Assembly (NCBI GenBank): GCA_013265495.1
Contig: MU057887.1
Span: forward strand, 3,321,576-3,385,575
Length of the DNA: 64,000 nt
Direction: 5' to 3'
From: Vicugna vicugna
Taxonomy: Eukaryota
The notes under the pieces are model-generated. The model did not search any database. It was not told where the DNA came from and saw only the letters and a program-made list of their open reading frames with translations. How positions within the stretch are numbered: the first letter of the stretch is position 1; each line of letters starts with the position of its first letter. Made by a program: the position numbers and the translations under genes. Below, piece after piece: positions 57,201 to 64,000 of this stretch.

Positions 57201-60200
57201 TTGTCCATAAAATAAATCAGAAGAAATGCTTTCTTTCTGGTCCACAGAGGGAAAATTAAATGAAAAAAATACATAAATTCTTAATCAGGTGCCTGGTAAA
57301 GTAGAAAGAAACTTCACTCCAGGCACTAAATCGGTCTTGACATTTACAGCTTCATTAAACAATGAAGCGAAGCCGCGGTCTGCACCTCACGGAGGATGGC
57401 AGCCCTGGAATCCAGCCCCCAGTTCACACGTATTTACACATCTTAAGGATATTAGAGTGCAGCTTACGGGTTTTAGCTCAGACCCGGGAGGTTGGCGAAC
57501 TCTTAAATATTTACCTAATGTTTATCCGAATGAATGACGGCGCTTTACCTGGGGCATGGAATGGAAGGCAAAGACGACGGAGACCAGCCCCACCGGAAAC
57601 ACAGAGAGAAGAACCTTCGGCCGAGCCCAGCTCCCGCCCGCGTCCCCACCCCTTCGCAGCGAGAGCCCTGAAGGCACCAGCGCTTCTCCGGAGCCTCCCG
57701 GGGGAGCTCGGCCGCTGAGCTACCCGCTCCCACTCCGTGACTGCTCCCTGACCACCCAGCGTGCTTCCGCCTCAGGCTCACTCGCTGCCCCACCCCCGCG
57801 AAGCCCAGGCTCTCCCCGCCAGCCACGCTGCGCCTCCGCCCAAGCTCCCGGCAGCCTGGCTTGCTGGGATGTTTCTCCCAGGACGTGCTCACCCCGGCCT
57901 CCCCAGAGGACGAGCTCCCTGGCAGACGCATTTCCAGGGCCACGAGCCCCGAGGGACCTTGCAGCAGAGACTCAACTGCCCGCAGACCTGCCGGTGACCT
58001 GCCGACACCCCGTGCATTGGGCCACGTCGGGAGCTGATCCGTCCGGGCCGCGTCTTCCCCGGGAACAGCCCAGCCGAACAGGAGCCGCGCCTCCTCCCCG
58101 GAAAGGGTGGTGCCGAGACCCCCAGACGCCCACGTGGTGCCCCGGGGTGCACCTAACCGGCGCCCTGCGCCAACGTTAAACATCCCGGCAGGAGCGGGGC
58201 TGGGACGTGTTGTCACCGACGCAGGCTTGTGGTCGCCAATTACTTAACAGAGAGAATCAAAGCGCACATCGCCGGGTCCGCTCAGTTGCTGCTGAAACAG
58301 TGGAAAAGCGCTGTCGTTGAAATCAGAATGCACGCTCCGCGGCGCGGATGCTAACAGGAGCAGTGGTCGGCGGTAAGCGCGGCCTCCGTGGGTCTCTGGA
58401 CCGCCTGCCGGGCGGGAAGAGTGCCGGGCGGACGGCCCGGGAGGCAGCCCCCCCCCCCCCCGTTAGCCTCCCTGAGTCAGTGGAACGTCGGAATGTCGAA
58501 ATTGGCCTCCACGCCAGCGCTTTGCTGAAATTTATCTTCGCTGGAGCTGGTTTTCCAGCTGAGAAACGAGTGTCAGGTAAAATAATGAACCTGATACAAA
58601 ATTATTTTCTTCAAAAAATCTGAAATTAAAAACCCATCGCTGGGACTTACTTGTCCTCTTTACTCTGCAGGGATGTTTTGGGAACTTGGAGGTTATTTCT
58701 CGTGACGAGCTGGGCCTCAGTCCGCCAGGTCTGGCCCCCCTTCCCGGCCCGCCCCGCCCTCACTCGGGGGCAGAGCGGGGGCCGGCCTCCCTCGGCTGCA
58801 GCGACCCCTCTCCTCCAGGACGTGGACGGAGTGGGACCTCGGGCCGGCCTGCTGCCTTGCTGCTGGGGACGGGGGCCCCAGTGGCACTCTCGGGGGAAGC
58901 TGCCCGACCCCGAGCCCACAGGCCCTGGGCCCGGAGGCACTGAGGTTTCGGGTCTTTCAGCCATGCTGAGGTGAGCTCACTGTAAAACGCACACAGGTTT
59001 GCGCGCAGGTTCTGATGCGCGTGGACATGCGCGTGCACACTCGACACCACCACCACGGTCACCAGGAGGCTGTTCTAAGCACCTGCGTCTCCTTTGCTCC
59101 TTGAGAAGAGGGTCGGTGGGGGCGCCCACCCCACAGGGCTGCCGAGGCTGGCAGCTCGACCCCGCAGCCAGACGCCCCTGGCTGTCCACGGCGGGTTTGC
59201 GCGCTCTGCTCAACACACATTCTTCAAGGTCGGGGCAAAGATGGACAGAAGGGATGGCCTGGGGCTGCCCTCTCAGCAGAGCTCTGCCTGACCTCCCACC
59301 CACCCCCATGGTCCTTGGAGCAGAGGGCAGAGGGCAAGTGTGTCTGATCTGTCCTCTGACCCCGGTGACACACAACCTGTTTGTTTGGTTTCCCTGGGCA
59401 CCAGCCAGGCCTGGGGCAGGTGCAGGGGACGAGCTGCCGGGCGCAGGCCCCGCCCTGGATGGGAGTCTGATGGGGAGGCGGGAGTGGTGATGCCCTGCTC
59501 AGGTGAGCAGGAGGCTGACGGCGAGCAGCCCGCCCTCTCCTCGCCCAGTGGGGGCTAGGGTCCGAAGCAGGGGCAGGGAAAACCCAGCCCGGGGCTCCGG
59601 GGCAGGAGTGGACCTTCAGTGGGCTGCGGACCAGTGTCTGGACCGAGGGCCTGGGGAGGGCAGGGCCTGCCCTGGGACTCTGGGGGCAGTGAAGGGTTGT
59701 GTCCACAGGGGAGTCTGTGTAAGGTTCCAAGTCATGAAGGCCACACAGAGAATGACCGCAACTCAGGGTCTGATTTCCACAGAAGACATGGGGTGTCTCT
59801 CGGCTTCAGTCAGAAGGCGTAAGTGTATCAAGGGTCTGGACACTCGGAGAGCGGACCTTGGAGGTGAGAAAGTGAGAGCAGCTCCGAATGTCAAAGGGGG
59901 AGGGGGCAGCCCTCCCCGGCCGCTCCAGGGAAGCGCCTCGTCCATCCAGCACGTGTCCGCTGGGACGGGTAGAGGAGGGCAGAGATGGTGCAGAGGGGAG
60001 TCAGACAGGAATCGGCCACAAACGTGGCGACCACCCTCTCCAGGGCCATCCGTGCAGCCAGAGGCTTCACAGGAACCACATACGACTCCCAGGTCACAGC
60101 CGGTCGCCCACGGAGGAGCCCGCGGATGGCTGCAGACGTCTCAGTGTGACAGAGTGGAGGACAGGGACCAACCCTCCGTGTGGAGAAGGAGGCACCGCGG

Positions 60201-60519
60201 GCGCCTGGGTTCTGCAGACCCACCCACAGTGCTGGTGGAAGAGACGCTCGGGCAGCAAATAGCGCTCAACAAATAACTAGTGAACCGGGTGAGAAACAAC
60301 AAAAATGGCAAACCTGGCAAAACAGTTGACAGCAACACGGGTGCCGTGGGGGAGGGCGGGCTCGGGAGGAGGTGGGATGTGCCGCGTCCTTGTCCGGGTC
60401 AGGAGGACAGACACATTGTATCAAACTTCTTATAAAGGATCTGCCACAAACGCAGGGGCGATAAATACACACACCAAACTGACAGCAGGAAACAAACCAC
60501 TACGAGTCAACAATCACAT

Positions 60520-60690
60520 TCTGTAGCCACTTAGCAGACATTAATTCACTTCCTCTTCACCCAGATGCTAAGGTCAAGGGTCCTGTCGCAGACAGAGAAC
60601 CTGAGTCACCAGGAAGTCACTTGCCCACAAGCACGCCACCGATAAATGGTGGGGCTGGAACTCACGGTGGATCAGTCTGTGTCCTGAGTG
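60520..60690 (-). mobile_element. MIR SINE fragment
   Basis: cattaattcacttcctcttcac...gaagtcacttgcccacaagcac...aaatggtggggctggaactca. Confidence 0.6.
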
Positions 60691-60759
60691 GCTGGTGTGC
60701 TGCCTCTCAGGAGAATCACACACCCCAAGTAGCATCAAGAAGAGAGGAAGGAAAACAGG

Positions 60760-61190
60760 GGTGACACACATAAAGCACAAGATAACTTGACAGATATTAT
60801 TCCAATTATATGCATAATCCAATAAATATAAATGAGTTAGATATACTTTTTAAAAGACAGAGACTGAAGCCAACCCCATTAAAGTAATTCAGCTACTTAG
60901 TGTTTATAAAGGACTTGCCTTTAGAAAGATCGTGTGTGTGGGTCTATGTATGTATGTAGGTACACAGAGAGAGAGAGAGAGAGCTCTTGATAGATGATAA
61001 GGGGCAGGTAGAGAAAGGAAGAAAAGAAATTATACTCAAGACATATTCTTGGGTAAATAACATTAAAAGCAACAAAAGCTAGTAATTCTGATTTTTAAAA
61101 AGGACCGTTGGAGCAGCTTTTTCAGGAGCTATACTAATGTGAGGCTAAATGCAAATAATGACTTCCCAAAAATATGAGGAAACACCGAGA
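60760..61190 (+). mobile_element. Ancient L1 fragment (start of ORF2)
   Basis: aataaatataaatgagttagatatactttttaaaagacagagact. Confidence 0.6.
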
Positions 61191-62119
61191 GAACCCCAGG
61201 GGAAGCTGGCAGATCCGCAGCAGCATGGGAGGCTGTTGCACAGCTGCACAGGTGAGATGCATCTGGAAGACTGAGTGGCACAGCCATCGGGTCAGGGTCT
61301 CCGTGAAGGTGGGCTCCCCTGGGGTCCAGCACACGCCAGCCGCCCATTCCCCAGAAGCACCCCTGATGCCGCAGGAAGGGGCCTCCTGAGCCCTCAGCCC
61401 CGCAGTGGGGCCAGCCCCTCCACCTCTCAGGACACCTGCCCCCTCTTCCCCGCGGCTCCTCGCCCCGAGCTGACCAGACACCCCAGGCTAGCGGCACATG
61501 GGCCCGTCCGGCACGGGGACCAAGGGGCCACTCTTCCTGAGCTCTTCCTGTTGAGGCCGCACGTGCTGAAAAGGTTTCGAGAGAGCATGCTTGTGCCAGG
61601 CTCCCTTCGAGCCACGAGGAAGAAGGTCCTGAGTGAAACAGCCCCTTCACACATTGGAAAAAGCAGAGCAGAGGAAGGTAGCGCAGGGGCGGGAGGCAGG
61701 AGCCCTCGGTCGCAGCCGGGCTTGCAGAGACCTGAGCAAAGGGGCGGGGGCCTAGGCTGGCAGCTGCGTCTGCCAGAGGAGAAGCAAGCAGCCGGGAAGC
61801 CAAGAAAATTGCTTCAGCTTCTTTCCCGGCCACACGAGAGTCAGACCACCCAGAGCCCCCGCCCACAGACGTCAGGGGGCTTGCTCCCCCCAGGGGACAG
61901 CGTCACTGCTGCCCCCGCGCCCGCGAGAGTGTACACAAACCCCTGCGATGAGAAGCTGGCTCAGTGCTGGGCGAGCGGGCCGTCGAGTTCGCATTCCCAG
62001 ACACGGCAGGTGTGCCCGCTCTGAGCCACGCTGAGAGACAGAGGTGCGTCCACCAGCGGGAAACCAGGATGCAGCGGGCCGGGCAGAGGCGGTGGGGAGG
62101 AGTCTCCACGGGCCCAGAC

Positions 62120-62245
62120 GGATGCTGGCCGTGGCCCTGAGCCGCAGTTCCTCCAGCTGCAAAATGGGAGTGGCTGTCTGATACAAGGGGTTACCGGGCG
62201 AGAAGCTGGGGAAACGGTCCACTGGGGGCCTGGGACAGACAGGTG
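62120..62245 (+). mobile_element. MIR fragment
   Basis: ccctgagccgcagttcctccagctgcaaaatggga. Confidence 0.55.
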
Positions 62246-64000
62246 CAAGGTCTTAGCCTCCGCAGGGCTGACCACAGACCTCCAGCGGCTGACGCTGAGC
62301 AGGAAACGGGGACTGAGCGGTGTTCCTCTGCGTCTGAGGCCTGGAAGCGGAGGGCGTGGTTTCAAGCGGCTGGAACCTTCCCTGCAGACCTGAACCCTCA
62401 GCCCAGACGCCAGGCCTGGAAGAGAAGGCTCCAGAGTCACCTTGGACAGAGGGCACCTCCAGGGACGGCAGAGGAGCGGGCGCTGTGGGCCGACCCTCAT
62501 CTCCGCACCAGGATGGCGGGAGGGGACCCCGGTGCCCCTCACCCAGGAGGCCGGAGGGCAGAGGGGCGCGGGGGTGCTCTCTGCAGGGGTGGGGGCCAAG
62601 GGGCACACGGCTCAGCCAGAGACTGGGCGCCTGTGGGGACGAGGGGCGGGGAGGGGAGAGGAAGGCCCCGGGGGCAGAGAGGGCCCTCAGGGCCCAGGAG
62701 AGGCCCCACAGGGTGGTGGGGGGAGCAGCCTTCGGACGTCCAGGTGAAACTTTGACCCTCAACACGCAGGCTCCTCGCCATCGTCACCTGGCGGCAGGCT
62801 TTCTCTCACTGTGAACAGTCGCCTTGGGGTGAGGACTGTCCCCTCGGCACTGCTGAGACTGGGGTCGTGTCACTCCCGGTGGGGGGACCGTGCTGTGCAC
62901 CCCAAGGTGATGAGCTGCACCCCTGGGCTCCTGCCCCTCGGTCGTGGCCATTGCGTGTTGCCCTGGCGGGTGGCCGGTTCAGACCCGCTGCTCCAAATTC
63001 AAACTCTCGAGCGGGCACCCCAGGCCCCCGGGCCTAGTGCAGAGCTGGCGTCCCCGCATCTGCCGGGGATGTGCGAGGGCCCCGCAGCGTGGATTTCAGA
63101 GTCTCACGTAGCCTGCCAGGGACCTCTCGCTGCAGGCACAGCACATCCGTCACTTCGTCTGAGACACGGAAATTGAAAGATGTAAATCTTGGTGGCACTT
63201 TGTGAAAATCCAGACACAGCCGCCGAGAGGGACCTGCTCACAGGACAGAGGATCCTAGTGTCTCTACTTTATTACACTTTGAGGAGAGCCCCAAGCCCCT
63301 CCCCAGCCCCAGGCTGGCTCAGCTCTCTCGGGACGCCCGCTGCTCTTGGCCACGGCTGCTCCTGTCTGCGTGGCCCATCCCCCTAGATGCTGCCCGGGGA
63401 GGGAGACTCGGGAGATAGTCAGCACCCCCAAGCTGTGAGCAGGTTCCGGGCAGTGGGGAGGGGCTCTCAGAGCTAAACGGGCGTCGGGGACCTCGTGCAG
63501 ATGGCGTCCGAGGAGGGGCGGGAGCCCCGCGGCCCTGTCCTCATTTCCACTGCTCTGATCTGCGCTTTGATTAGCTCTCCACTCCCTCCATCTGCCTGGA
63601 TCTGTCGGTATTAACTCACAACACATTCCCTTGTGCCCTGCTCCCAGTTGCTCCTCCACCAGGCGAGTTCTGACGAGTCCCCTCCGACGTCACCATCACA
63701 GCGTGTACCCTGCCATCCACACTTGAGACGCGGGGGTGGGCCCGGTCCCCCAGCCAGGCATCCCCTCTGTTGTTTCCTGAACTTACTCTCCAAACCAAAA
63801 ACAGGTGTTTCCAGAAACTCCACGAGCATCCAACTGGGGACTAAAGGACTCAATTTGCCTAAAAACCACAACAGACATGCGGTGCCTGACAGAGACCAGT
63901 CCCGGGGAATGCGGGCGAGGGCCCAGGTGGCGGCCGGAGGGACTGGGGTGGGGGGACACCGTGGCGCCCACCTGCTCCACACGGGCACTGCCAGGCACTC

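Noticed and set aside
939..63998. Hundreds of ORFs in the six-frame track
   Set aside because: They are Pro/Gly/Arg/Ala-rich, overlap in all frames, often use non-ATG starts and show no recognisable domain; expected from stop-codon scarcity in GC-rich DNA

Overview
Mammalian, very GC/CpG-rich non-coding DNA, most likely from a camelid: it carries a Vic-1-like tRNA-derived SINE and cetartiodactyl-type L1 3' ends. Three N gaps suggest a short-read scaffold. I find no credible protein-coding gene, tRNA/rRNA gene or CRISPR array; the ORF track is GC-rich noise. The window is a mosaic of old L1, L2, MIR, MaLR, ERV-LTR and hAT relics, interspersed with short AT-rich, homeodomain-motif-dense islands that look like conserved developmental enhancers. 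That pattern suggests a gene desert or large intron near a developmental regulator, but I cannot name the locus. The main structural feature is a recent head-to-tail tandem duplication (19900-24652 / 24654-28175, about 99.6% identical). Its second copy lacks 1388 bp, starts inside one enhancer-like module and has lost a SOX motif in another. Also notable: a 46-bp near-perfect inverted repeat, a three-level nested transposon stack with readable TSDs, a G-rich 29-bp minisatellite beside the duplication breakpoint, and signs of strong GC-biased substitution in old repeats. I do not see a demonstrable new biological system. Repeat family names are from remembered consensus sequences and repeat boundaries are approximate unless stated as exact.
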